DNA of 64,000 bases from Candidatus Micrarchaeota archaeon (GCA_964580705.1 CAZOKY010000001.1:1224-65223), one strand, 5' to 3'; shown: positions 19,886 through 29,362, counted from the first letter of the stretch. The notes: generated from the sequence alone by a model not told the origin. Translations and numbers: made by a program.

Positions 19886-20983
19886 TTAAATAAGTTTTTC
19901 GGAACAGTGCCTTGCAAAGAAAGTCCTGATTTTCGCGGCGTTCGGCCTGCGGATGATTCCGAATTCCGTAATGATTCCAGCGATGAGCTTCGCAGGCGTA
20001 ACGTCGAAACTCGGGTTTCGCGCCTTGCTGCCGGGATTCGCGACTCGCACCGTACGTAAAACACCGCGTTTGTCGGAGCCAGTTTTGTAAAGCACTTCTT
20101 CTTCGCTTCGTTCTTCAATAGGAATTTTCGCTCCAGACGAGCACTTCAAATCGAACGTAGCAGTAGGCGCCGCAACGTAAAACGGCACGCCGTACGCCGC
20201 GCAAGCAAGAGCGCGCTGCAACGTTCCAATCTTGTTCGCCGCGTCGCCGTTCGCGGCAATGCGGTCGGCGCCAACGATCATCAAATCGATTTCTCCCTTG
20301 CTCGCGTAGTAAGCGCCTGCGGTATCGGGAATAATCACGTGCGGAACGCGCTCGTTCGCGAGTTCCCACGCCGTGAGTCGCGCGCCTTGCCCGCGCGGAC
20401 CAGTTTCGTCAACGAACACGAAAACGCGCTTGCCGCGCTGCCGCGCGGCGTAAATCGGCGCGAGAGCAGTACCCCAATCCACGAAAGCAAGCCAACCCGC
20501 GTTGCAGTGCGTTCCGACGCGCGCACCGTTGCGAATCAACGGTTCGCCGTGAATGCCGATCGCGCGGCTAGTCGCGGCGTCCTCGTCAGCAACAGCCTGC
20601 GCCTCGCGCGACGCTAGGCGGCGCGCTTCAGCCGGCGTTTTGGCTTTCTTTGCCGCAGCCATTACCCTGTTCGTGGCGTAGAAAAGATTTTGAGCGGTAG
20701 GACGCGAAGCCTCGATTTCGCGTTTCGCGCAGCGAACGTAATTCCAAAACGCTTTAACGCTTTTTTTAGGGGCTTCAAGAAAAGCCTGCGCTAGCGCGTA
20801 ACCAGCGGCGCCGCCTATGGCGCCGGCTCCGCGGATAGTCATAATCTTTATTGCTTTCGTGGTTTCGCGGTGATTCCGCAGGACGGCGATTTTAAATTGG
20901 AAAGGGAGAAGGTTCTGGTTGATCATGAAAACGTTTTTTCCCTTAACCCAAACAGTCCGGTAATTCTTTCCACGAACTTTCAT
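19886..20983 (-). CDS. mtnA: S-methyl-5-thioribose-1-phosphate isomerase
   Basis: IRGAGAIG, SRPTAQNL, THCNAGWLA, DETGP, VGADRI, NKIGT, NPSFDVTP. Confidence 0.93.
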   Translation of the reverse strand: MKVRGKNYRTVWVKGKNVFMINQNLLPFQFKIAVLRNHRETTKAIKIMTIRGAGAIGGAAGYALAQAFLEAPKKSVKAFWNYVRCAKREIEASRPTAQNLFYATNRVMAAAKKAKTPAEARRLASREAQAVADEDAATSRAIGIHGEPLIRNGARVGTHCNAGWLAFVDWGTALAPIYAARQRGKRVFVFVDETGPRGQGARLTAWELANERVPHVIIPDTAGAYYASKGEIDLMIVGADRIAANGDAANKIGTLQRALACAAYGVPFYVAAPTATFDLKCSSGAKIPIEERSEEEVLYKTGSDKRGVLRTVRVANPGSKARNPSFDVTPAKLIAGIITEFGIIRRPNAAKIRTFFARHCSEKLI

Positions 20984-21084
20984 TGGAAAACACCTTCAGC
21001 CGCTTCGGCCGCGCCGACTTGGTTTTGTTTTAGCAGAGCGAACGATTTAAATGCGCGGCAGCGTAAACTTTTTTGATAACAACC

Positions 21085-22044
21085 ATGGCTCAAGACGCGA
21101 CGCAGGATTTGCTCAAGGAATTGCCGCACTTGATAGTGCTGATTGTGCTCGTTCTCGTGCTCCTCGTCGTCGTCACGAAATTCAACTGGGTTCACTGCTC
21201 GCAAATCCCCGGAAACTGGTGCGACATTTACTGCAACGTCGTAATGCGTTCGCACTCCCGCGTGGCGTTGCTTTACGGCGACGACGGAATCGGCGACCCA
21301 ACAACCCTCGAAAACATCATCCGACGCGTGCGGCCGTTCACGTACTTGGAACCCGTCCGCCTCAAAGACGCGAGCTACGGCATGCTGAAAGGATACGACT
21401 TGATCATACTCGAGCACGCGCGCAGCGTTTCCTACAAGGAATCGCGCGCACTACGCGAATACCTCAACACAGGCGGGATGATGATTTGGGTCGGAGATTC
21501 GGCGTCGCGCCACTACTACGACCAAATCGACGTCGCCGACGTCATCGCGCGCACGAGCGACGAAACGTTCAACGAAAGCGGTTTCAGCAAAGCCGAACTC
21601 CAGAAGGCGTTGGACCACGACATGACAATAGACGAAATCGACAACTTCACTCAAAAACTAGTTGAAAAAGGATTTTTCGGAGAGGACGCGCGCAAGCGGC
21701 CCAGCGGCTTCGGCCCGCTTCAAGACGTGTTGTTCGCGAAATACGTCGACGTCGTCAACGTCACGCCTGGAAAGAAAGTCACGATGAAGATAGTCAACCG
21801 CGATAACATGATGGGCCGCGGATTGTTCTACGAATTCGAAATAACGCCGATTCGCTTCGCCGACGTCAAGGAAAACGCGGCGTGGGTCGACAAAGTAACG
21901 CAGATTTCCTACGACGGGAAAGAGTATGCGGGGATTTATGAGACGCGTTACTCGGGGCGCGTGATTTACTCGTCAATTCCTTTGGAGGACTTGAATTCGA
22001 CGACGCTGTTGACGAACATTTTCGATTACCTGGTGCCGTGCTGA
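21085..22044 (+). CDS. Membrane-anchored protein, class I glutamine-amidotransferase-like fold predicted
   Basis: N-terminal TM; LKGYDLIILE...LREYLNTGGMMIWVGDS and GRVIYSS patterns; paralog of the next gene. Confidence 0.6.
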   Translation: MAQDATQDLLKELPHLIVLIVLVLVLLVVVTKFNWVHCSQIPGNWCDIYCNVVMRSHSRVALLYGDDGIGDPTTLENIIRRVRPFTYLEPVRLKDASYGMLKGYDLIILEHARSVSYKESRALREYLNTGGMMIWVGDSASRHYYDQIDVADVIARTSDETFNESGFSKAELQKALDHDMTIDEIDNFTQKLVEKGFFGEDARKRPSGFGPLQDVLFAKYVDVVNVTPGKKVTMKIVNRDNMMGRGLFYEFEITPIRFADVKENAAWVDKVTQISYDGKEYAGIYETRYSGRVIYSSIPLEDLNSTTLLTNIFDYLVPC

Positions 22045-22212
22045 AAAACGCGGTCGCAACGCGCGCGGCAAGGCGCGGAAGCCGTTCAAGCCCGTTCAAG
22101 CGAAAACTGAAGGAAAAACTCTCGCGACGCGCCGAGACTGCGCCGAGAATATGTTTATAAATACGGTTAGGGCAATAATGATAAGCACTTAATCTGGAAA
22201 GGGTGGTTCTCG

Positions 22213-23049
22213 ATGATGACGTTGAAGAGACGCGGACAATACGCGAGCGGCGGAAGCCACGCCGAAAGCTTGATTCCACTGGTTTTGATAGTGATTTTAG
22301 CCGTGTTCATAGCCGGCAAAATGGGCATGGTGGACTTGAGCTCGATTCCCGTTGCGGGATCGCTCTTCCCCAAATCCAACATTAAAGTTTTAGTCGTAGG
22401 GCACGCTTCACCCGCCATGGAAACGATGTTGAAAAGCGAAGACTACAGGATGGCGGGAATAATGTACGCGGGCTCGTTCCCGCAAGAGTACATCGTTCCA
22501 GGCGTACTCAAAAATTTTGATATCATCATTCTGCAAGGCACGCAAGTGTGCGACCGCCCCGCGAGAATGGAAATCGCCAACCGCGCGAAGAGCGGAGGCA
22601 AGCTCATCGTCGTAGGCGACGCTTGCACTCGCGTAACCGACGACCCGAACGCGGCAGGATGGGACGTTGGCATCGGAACGCTCGGTGACGTGATTCCAGT
22701 CGAGTACGCTGGCATATTGTTCCACGAGAGCACGGGACGCACTCAAGTGTTCGCTGACGGCAAATTCCGCATCGTGCAACCGTACCACCCGATGTTCAAC
22801 GGCATCATCAACTACGGGTTCTACGGAACGCTGACGAGCGTAAGACCGAGCGCGTCAAGCGATGTTCTAGCTTATGTGGACACGTACGGCGGAAAGATTA
22901 CGGCGCCCGCGACGTTCGCCATCGTGGAAAGCAAGGGCTTCTTGAGCGGCAAGACGCTTTACTTTGCGTTCGACCCAGCGAACATGGACATCAGCTCGCG
23001 CAACATGTTCTTGAACGCCTTGCTTTACGTGCGCGGCGCGAAAGGCTAA
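22213..23049 (+). CDS. Membrane-anchored/secreted protein with class III-like signal (KRRGQ), GAT1-like fold predicted
   Basis: KRRGQ then hydrophobic helix; LKNFDIIILQ...KSGGKLIVVGDA, HPMFNG, GKTLYFAFD. Confidence 0.6.
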   Translation: MMTLKRRGQYASGGSHAESLIPLVLIVILAVFIAGKMGMVDLSSIPVAGSLFPKSNIKVLVVGHASPAMETMLKSEDYRMAGIMYAGSFPQEYIVPGVLKNFDIIILQGTQVCDRPARMEIANRAKSGGKLIVVGDACTRVTDDPNAAGWDVGIGTLGDVIPVEYAGILFHESTGRTQVFADGKFRIVQPYHPMFNGIINYGFYGTLTSVRPSASSDVLAYVDTYGGKITAPATFAIVESKGFLSGKTLYFAFDPANMDISSRNMFLNALLYVRGAKG

Positions 23050-23201
23050 GCTCGGTTCAGAGCGCTTGAAAAAAGCGCTCGCCCCCTTTATTTTTTCCTT
23101 TTTCTTTTCTCTTTCTTTTTGTTTTTTCGGCTAGCCGCTGGTTTTTAAAAGACGACTGCGCCATATTAAATCGGAAACAACAAATATGAGAAGCGGAAAC
23201 T

Positions 23202-23828
23202 ATGACTGTAACAGAAATAAGTTTGGCGCGTTTTGTGCGAGAACCCGTAATCGGCGTCAGCGAAGCCGAAAAAACATTGGCTAAACAAAAGGCAGGGCGC
23301 AGGCAAATCACGCGCGCCAGAAAAGCTTTGGAAAGCAATATTGAATTGCTTGAACGATTTAGACGCCACTTGGAGTCAAATTCACGCCAAAGCGCAGTGA
23401 CAACCACCAGTTTAAAAGGAAAACTGGGTGGCGCAATCGCCGCTACGGGCGCAGGAATCGCGATAACATCAGTCATTCCGTTTACAGGCGGCGTTTATAG
23501 TGCGAGTCAAGGAACGCCGTGGGGAAAACTCGAATACGCGCGTCAGGCAAGCAGTGACTTCCGTTTGGCTGGTTTGATGTTCGGCGTAGGAACGCTTATT
23601 GCACTAGGACCGTACGCGAAATGGGCTGCTAACAGGGTTTCTCTGACTAGAAGGCTTCAAAGAGCCGGACTGCGGATGACCGGCAAAGGAAAATTCGTCG
23701 TGCGGGAATTTCAAAACGGTGGCGAACTAACGAAACGAGAACACGACAGAAATTATGTTTGGGTTATGACCGCACTTGAACGGAATAAGAAAGCGCTAAA
23801 ACAATTGAATGCGCCTAAACAACGCTAG
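23202..23828 (+). CDS. Hypothetical basic protein with two Gly/Ala-rich hydrophobic segments (ORFan)
   Basis: 208-aa ORF with own TATA-like TTTTTAAAA upstream. Confidence 0.65.
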   Translation: MTVTEISLARFVREPVIGVSEAEKTLAKQKAGRRQITRARKALESNIELLERFRRHLESNSRQSAVTTTSLKGKLGGAIAATGAGIAITSVIPFTGGVYSASQGTPWGKLEYARQASSDFRLAGLMFGVGTLIALGPYAKWAANRVSLTRRLQRAGLRMTGKGKFVVREFQNGGELTKREHDRNYVWVMTALERNKKALKQLNAPKQR

Positions 23829-23878
23829 CAAACAAGGCTACTGATTTTTTATTTCCGCGAAACGAACGGTGGTTTCGA

Positions 23879-24319
23879 ACGATTGTAGGCGTGGATTTCG
23901 GGGTAACGAACGCTTTCGCCGCCGTGGATTACGACGGTTGCGTCCGCGCGGTGGAAAGCAAGCGCAACTGGGGGCAACGCGATTTCATCGCCCGCATAGC
24001 CGAATTCCGCCCGACGATAATCGCGGGAGACACGCGACCTCCGGCGAAAGCAGTCAAGAAGACGGCGGCGACTTTCCGCGCCATTTTATTTACGCCCAAG
24101 CATTCGTTGACTCTCGAGGAAAAAGCGTTTTTGGTTAGGGATTGCCAGCCGAAGAACGCGCACGAACGCGACGCGCTCGCCGCGGCGTTGAAGGCGTGGC
24201 ACTCGCGCGAAAACCAGTTGCGCAAACTAGACGCGCTCCTCAAGCGCAAAGGACGCGCGGCCGAGCGAGACGCTGCAAGCGAGAAAGTGTTGCACGGCGT
24301 TCGAATGAACGAAGTTTGA
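23879..24319 (+). CDS. DUF460-like RNase H-fold protein (probable non-canonical start)
   Basis: IVGVDFGVTNAFAAVD, PTIIAGD, NAHERDALAAA motifs; first canonical start (GTG 23891) would cut the first beta strand. Confidence 0.75.
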   Translation, partial: TIVGVDFGVTNAFAAVDYDGCVRAVESKRNWGQRDFIARIAEFRPTIIAGDTRPPAKAVKKTAATFRAILFTPKHSLTLEEKAFLVRDCQPKNAHERDALAAALKAWHSRENQLRKLDALLKRKGRAAERDAASEKVLHGVRMNEV

Positions 24320-24443
24320 AAAACGTCGGAAAAAAGCTTGAAAAGCGCTTGAACGAAAGAGAGGGTTTTTTAAGGCGCCGCAACCACAATTTTCTTGTTA
24401 AACAAAGTCACGATACAAACGCAATATCGAGGTGGGCCGAAAC

Positions 24444-24944
24444 ATGGACGCTAACGAAGCAGTCACTCAAACTCAGGCAACCGAAACAACGAAAACAACC
24501 GAAACAACTAAAGCGGCTGAGACGCCGCGCGCAATCGAACCGCAAACTACGGCAACGCGCTCCGAATCCCGCAGCGAATCAACTCGCGAGCTAGGTTTCG
24601 ACGAAAACCAAGGCCGCAGCCGAATGCAAAGCGCGCCGCGGGAAGCGCGCGAAGCGCATGCGCCGCGCAGCGGCCGCGACGAAGGCATTATTTTCGTAGG
24701 CAAAAAACCTTTGATGACTTACGTGCTCGCCGTCGTTACGCAGTTCAACGCGGGACAAAACTCCGTAAAAATCAAGGCGCGCGGCAAAGCGATTTCCCGC
24801 GTAATCGACGTCACGCAAGTCGTTAAAAGCCGTTTCATGAACTCGCTGCGCATAACGAATTTCGATGCGGCGACGGAAGTGCTTCCGAACGAAGACGGCA
24901 CCACGAGCAAAGTGAGTTCGTTAACGCTCACGCTAACGAAGTAA
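24444..24944 (+). CDS. albA: DNA/RNA-binding protein Alba with long disordered N-terminal extension
   Basis: IFVGKKPLMTYVLAV, IKARGKAISRVIDV, SKVSSLTLTL. Confidence 0.92.
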   Translation: MDANEAVTQTQATETTKTTETTKAAETPRAIEPQTTATRSESRSESTRELGFDENQGRSRMQSAPREAREAHAPRSGRDEGIIFVGKKPLMTYVLAVVTQFNAGQNSVKIKARGKAISRVIDVTQVVKSRFMNSLRITNFDAATEVLPNEDGTTSKVSSLTLTLTK

Positions 24945-25011
24945 AATTCTGTTTACACTCTTTTTTTCCGTGCTTCCGAAACGCCGAACAGAAAAACGAA
25001 ATTAAAATCTG

Positions 25012-25377
25012 TTAGCCGCGGCGGGTAGGCTTTATCGGCGGACGTATTTCTCCTTTAGCGATGCCGAGCAATTCCGCTTTCAAACGTTCTAAAGCCATTC
25101 CGTGTTCCAACAAATTTTTTGAATCCCGACGGTTTTCATCCACAGCCTTCAAAACAGCACTGTGAACCGCTGAAACGTCCCGAAAAAAATGATCGGCGCT
25201 GCGGCGCGCATCAGTCGTTCGATTTTTCACCGGATTGCAAACAGTAACCATCCGCCCTTCCGTCAGCTCGTCGAACGAAACGACTAAACCGTATTCTCTA
25301 GCCGCCTTCAACACTACCGAACGGGCGGTAAGAAAAGACTCACTCGGGGACAATCTGAAGTTTCGAGATATCGCCAA
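25012..25377 (-). CDS. Hypothetical protein (ORFan)
   Basis: 121-aa ORF, GGAGG SD before TTG. Confidence 0.55.
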   Translation of the reverse strand: MAISRNFRLSPSESFLTARSVVLKAAREYGLVVSFDELTEGRMVTVCNPVKNRTTDARRSADHFFRDVSAVHSAVLKAVDENRRDSKNLLEHGMALERLKAELLGIAKGEIRPPIKPTRRG

Positions 25378-25454
25378 AACAAACGCCTCCGTGCATTCAA
25401 AAACAGTTTTTGAACGCCCGACTTTTTAAACCTCAAGACTCACATATTAACGTC

Positions 25455-25940
25455 ATGAAAACTCCGTTGTGCGAAGCGTGCCTGGCGACGAACTCGTTCT
25501 GCGCGTCGTGCCAGCGCAAGCTAGACGCAGGCGAAGTCACGCGCACCGAACTCGCCATCGCGCAAGCGCTGCGAAGCGAAAACCTTCCAGCTCAAGCGGG
25601 TTTCGAGCGCGCGCTCGAACTCAAGGACGCCGTCCTCGTATTCACGTTGACGCCTGCGGCGGTAATCGGCCGCGGCGGCAAAACCGTTAAAGCAATCGCG
25701 AAAGCCCTCGGCAAGAAAGTGAAGATAATCGATGAAGCCGCGGAGCCGCACGCGAAAATCAGTGAAGTGCTATTGCCAGCGCGAATGCTCGGCGTAAACA
25801 CCGTATTCAAAGCAGGCGGAAAAGAATTCCACGTGCGCGTTCCGCGCGCTGAAGCCCGCCTCCTGCCGGACGCGCCGCTCGCCCTGAAAACGCTGATGAG
25901 CGCGTTCCTCGGCGCGCCCACCGAAATCGTGCTCGAGTGA
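25455..25940 (+). CDS. NusA-like KH-domain protein with N-terminal Cys4 Zn site
   Basis: MKTPLCEAC...CASC, VIGRGGKTVK KH loop, LLPARMLGVN. Confidence 0.8.
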   Translation: MKTPLCEACLATNSFCASCQRKLDAGEVTRTELAIAQALRSENLPAQAGFERALELKDAVLVFTLTPAAVIGRGGKTVKAIAKALGKKVKIIDEAAEPHAKISEVLLPARMLGVNTVFKAGGKEFHVRVPRAEARLLPDAPLALKTLMSAFLGAPTEIVLE

Positions 25941-25979
25941 AAACTGGTTTTCTTTGAGCCGCATTCATAAAATTAGTAG

Positions 25980-26089
25980 TGGGCCCAAAGGGAATCGAAC
26001 CCTTGATCTTTTGCTGAACTAAGAACGAAAAACTCGTTCGAAGCCCTTTCGCACGTCAAGCGAACGTCTTACCACTCGACTATGGGCCC
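25980..26089 (-). tRNA. tRNA-Val(GAC) with 38-nt intron at about 43/44 (26010-26047)
   Basis: Cloverleaf GGGCCCA...TTCGC-TT-GAC-GT-GCGAA...AAGGG-TTCGATT-CCCTT-TGGGCCC-A after removing 38 nt; relaxed BHB. Confidence 0.92.
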
Positions 26090-26147
26090 ACGAAACTTAA
26101 GTCGTTTCCCGAAAAAACAAAGCGAGAAACCCATTTAAAACAACGAG

Positions 26148-26262
26148 TGGACCTGACGGGATTCGAACCCGTAACCTCATGCATGCCATGCATGCGATCT
26201 GTAACGCGCGGCGGACGATTGAAAAAATAATCGCTCGAGGCGTGCCGTTGATCTACAGGCCC
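26148..26262 (-). tRNA. tRNA-Ala(GGC) with 43-nt D-loop intron at 20/21 (26201-26243)
   Basis: G3:U70 pair, CATGC-AT-GGC-AT-GCATG arm, strict BHB GATC-AACG-GC|A-CGC...GCG-CGTT-AC|A-GATC. Confidence 0.95.
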
Positions 26263-26352
26263 ACATGGCGCCGCACCGATTAAGGCGCGGCTACTTATTT
26301 TGCCCGCTAGGGCTTAAAAAACCTCTTTCTTTTCTCGCCTAAAGAAAGTTTT

Positions 26353-26658
<306 letters not shown>

Positions 26659-26681
26659 TCAAAACGCATAACGCAAAAAAA

Positions 26682-27473
26682 TTATTTTGCTCTGAAAAGC
26701 CTTTTGAAGAACGCGCCGATCTTGCCGAAAAACGAGCCTCCGCTTCCCCCGACGTTCTTGCCTTGAGGAACCGGCTCGTGCGTCAACGCCGCAGACAAAA
26801 AGCGGAGCCCGCGCGAGAAACCGCAGTCCGGAGCCCGCACCTCGACGGGCTGCTGCAAGGAAGCGCTGCGCCTGACTTCCACGTCCTCGGGAAGGACGGC
26901 TATAACGGGCAACCCCAGAACGCTCGCCAAATCCTGCGGCTTCAACTCAGACTTGTCCCCCGTACTCCGATTGAGGACTACGCCTAGAACCGTAACCCCG
27001 CTTTTCTCGGCGAACTTGCGAATCTTCAACGAGTCTATGAGCGCAGCAGGATCGGGCGTGGAAATAATGACGAGTTCCTGCGCGCTCGTAATCGCCGCCC
27101 GCGCTTCCGGACTCAACCCCGGAGGCGAATCAACCAAAACGTATTCGTAAGACAACTCGAGCTTGCTGACGGCTTCCCGCAAACGAGTCAAGTCGACTTC
27201 TTTACGCTCTTCATGAAGCGAAGACGGAACGTAAAAAACACCGTTCGGGCCGGCGTAAACCGCGTCCGTAACCGCGTTTTCTCCGGCGAGAACGTTTTGA
27301 AGCGTAATCGGATTGATTTCCACGCCGAGCATAATCGATACGGCGGCCATATCCAAGTCTGCGTCGACTACTACGACGCGCTTGCCCGTTTTGGCTAGTA
27401 GAATGCCGAGGTTCAAGGCTACGCTCGTCTTGCCTACGCCGCCTTTACCTGAAGCGAAAACAATGCTCGGCAT
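26682..27473 (-). CDS. minD: MinD/ParA family ATPase
   Basis: SGKGGVGKT deviant Walker A, VDADL, VDSPPG, C-terminal amphipathic FFGKIGAFFKRLF. Confidence 0.9.
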   Translation of the reverse strand: MPSIVFASGKGGVGKTSVALNLGILLAKTGKRVVVVDADLDMAAVSIMLGVEINPITLQNVLAGENAVTDAVYAGPNGVFYVPSSLHEERKEVDLTRLREAVSKLELSYEYVLVDSPPGLSPEARAAITSAQELVIISTPDPAALIDSLKIRKFAEKSGVTVLGVVLNRSTGDKSELKPQDLASVLGLPVIAVLPEDVEVRRSASLQQPVEVRAPDCGFSRGLRFLSAALTHEPVPQGKNVGGSGGSFFGKIGAFFKRLFRAK

Positions 27474-27484
27474 AAAAAATTCCT

Positions 27485-27958
27485 TCAAATTCCTTTGAAA
27501 CCGATTCTCTTCAAAATCGATTGTTTTTGAGTCGCCGTCCCGCGCAACTCTTCCTCGAAAGCGAACGAACGCTTCAACGGCTTGACGAATTCCGCTTCGC
27601 GAGGCGAATACAACGCCTCGTGATTGTCAGCGAGAAACGAATGCACTTCGCCCGACGCGGCTTCGAAAACGTCTACCACGCCGTTCTGCGCCGCGCACGC
27701 GTTGGCGAAACGCGCGAAAGCTTCCTTGCCGAAAAACTTTCGCGAAAAAGCGTAGTACTCGAAAACGCACGCGACCGGCACGCCCGCGTCGATGAACAAC
27801 GCGCCTTCCTCGAAACCGTGGTTGCCGCGAACGGTCACGAAAATCGCGCCAACGAATTTTTTGAACTTGAATTCCTTGACCAAACGGAAGACGTCCGTCT
27901 CCGCGAGCGAAACGCCCGACTCGAGAGGCCTGCCGAAAACCGAAAACGACGAAACCAA
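27485..27958 (-). CDS. DUF2226/PATAN-like domain protein
   Basis: F.G.I.VT...G.EEG.LF..G.PVAC..EY......G.EA pattern; directly upstream of minD; start uncertain. Confidence 0.55.
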   Translation of the reverse strand: MVSSFSVFGRPLESGVSLAETDVFRLVKEFKFKKFVGAIFVTVRGNHGFEEGALFIDAGVPVACVFEYYAFSRKFFGKEAFARFANACAAQNGVVDVFEAASGEVHSFLADNHEALYSPREAEFVKPLKRSFAFEEELRGTATQKQSILKRIGFKGI

Positions 27959-28068
27959 GAAAACCAACGCTCCGAAAAACACCGCAAAACTAAAAACGGA
28001 AAACAAAAACGACAAATAAAAAACAAAAAAACTGCAAAACAACAAAAACTTCGTCCGTTATTACTGCC

Positions 28069-28527
28069 TCACGCTTTTAAATCGATTACGACGTCCGCGC
28101 TGTTGCGCAAAGCCGCGCTGAACTCCGGCTCGACGCCCACGACAATCGTTTCCTTTCCGTGCTCCTTCGCCTTCATTAAAAGCGGTTTGAAATCGGAATC
28201 GCGCGAAACGATCGCTATACAATCGATCTTCGTATCTCCATAAATGAATTGCGAGGCGTCGACGGCGAGCGCCACGTCCACGTCGCTCGGAACGACTACG
28301 GGGTCGAAGCCTTGGTTCGTGACGGCTTCAATCAGCTTGTCGCTCGCGTACTGGTCCAAGAAAACGCGCCCGACTTTGATGTTGCCGTGCTGCCGCAGCT
28401 TCTTCTTGACGGCGTCGAGATTGACGCCGAGCTCCTTGCGCAGCATGTTCGGGCCGTCGACGAAGCACGCGATGTTTTTTTCTTTCGCGCCTTTCACGGC
28501 AAGCATTCCCTTCAATTTGTCAAGCAA
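28069..28527 (-). CDS. NYN domain protein (TIGR00288-like)
   Basis: FVDGPNMLRKE, SDVDVALAVDA, SRDSDFKPL, GKETIVVG, ALRNSAD. Confidence 0.9.
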   Translation of the reverse strand: MLDKLKGMLAVKGAKEKNIACFVDGPNMLRKELGVNLDAVKKKLRQHGNIKVGRVFLDQYASDKLIEAVTNQGFDPVVVPSDVDVALAVDASQFIYGDTKIDCIAIVSRDSDFKPLLMKAKEHGKETIVVGVEPEFSAALRNSADVVIDLKA

Positions 28528-28600
28528 AAAGCAACACCAAAAACAAAATCAAAACAAATCCCGAAAAATCCAAAACAAAATCAAACCAAAACCAAAAACG

Positions 28601-29362
28601 TCAAAACCCAAAGACGTTCACTACGTTTTCCCGCACTCGCGCCGCGACTTCATCGAAAGGCGTTTCTTTGATTCTTGAAATTTCCTCGTAAACCCAGCGC
28701 GCCTCGCTCGGCTCGTTCCTCGCGCCTCTCCCGCGCAACGCTAGAAACGGGGAGTCCGTCTCGCAAAGCAAGCGCTCAATCGGCGCTTTCTTAATTATTT
28801 CGCTGGAGCTTTTAAGCGTTGGGAGCGACAGGAAGCAGCCCGCGCCCAACGCCTCATTCACGAGCGCTTGTTCGCCGAAGCAGTGCCACACTTTCGTCCC
28901 GCGAAACGCCTTCAACACGGCAATCGTTTCCGCCGCTGCCTCGCGCGAGTGCACGACGACGGGAAGCGAAGCGTCACGCGCCCAATTCAACTGCGCAGCG
29001 AAGGCGGCGCGCTGCGCGTCGCGCTCTTCCGCCCGCTTGAAGTAGTGGAATTCCAAGCCTATTTCGCCTACGCCCACGATTTTTTCCTTGTTGCGCTCGA
29101 GGAAAGATAACGCGGAACGCAAACCTTGTTCTCCTTCGCGATAAGCGTCGTGCGGGCTCAAACCGAGAACGGTTTTCAGGAACGGCGCGTGCTTTTCCAG
29201 CAACGCCAGAATTTGTTCGTTCGCGTTCGGACTGCTGCCAGCGTTTACCGCGTGCTCGAAACCCGCCGCACGGGCGCGCTCGACGACTCCAGACAAGTCT
29301 TTCCCAAAGCGCGGGTGCTCGAGATGGCAGTGCGCGTCGATTAAACGAAGTTTCTCTTCCAT
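28601..29362 (-). CDS. tatD: TatD family hydrolase
   Basis: IDAHCHL, GEIGL, VVHSR, WHCF, LCETDSP. Confidence 0.93.
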   Translation of the reverse strand: MEEKLRLIDAHCHLEHPRFGKDLSGVVERARAAGFEHAVNAGSSPNANEQILALLEKHAPFLKTVLGLSPHDAYREGEQGLRSALSFLERNKEKIVGVGEIGLEFHYFKRAEERDAQRAAFAAQLNWARDASLPVVVHSREAAAETIAVLKAFRGTKVWHCFGEQALVNEALGAGCFLSLPTLKSSSEIIKKAPIERLLCETDSPFLALRGRGARNEPSEARWVYEEISRIKETPFDEVAARVRENVVNVFGF

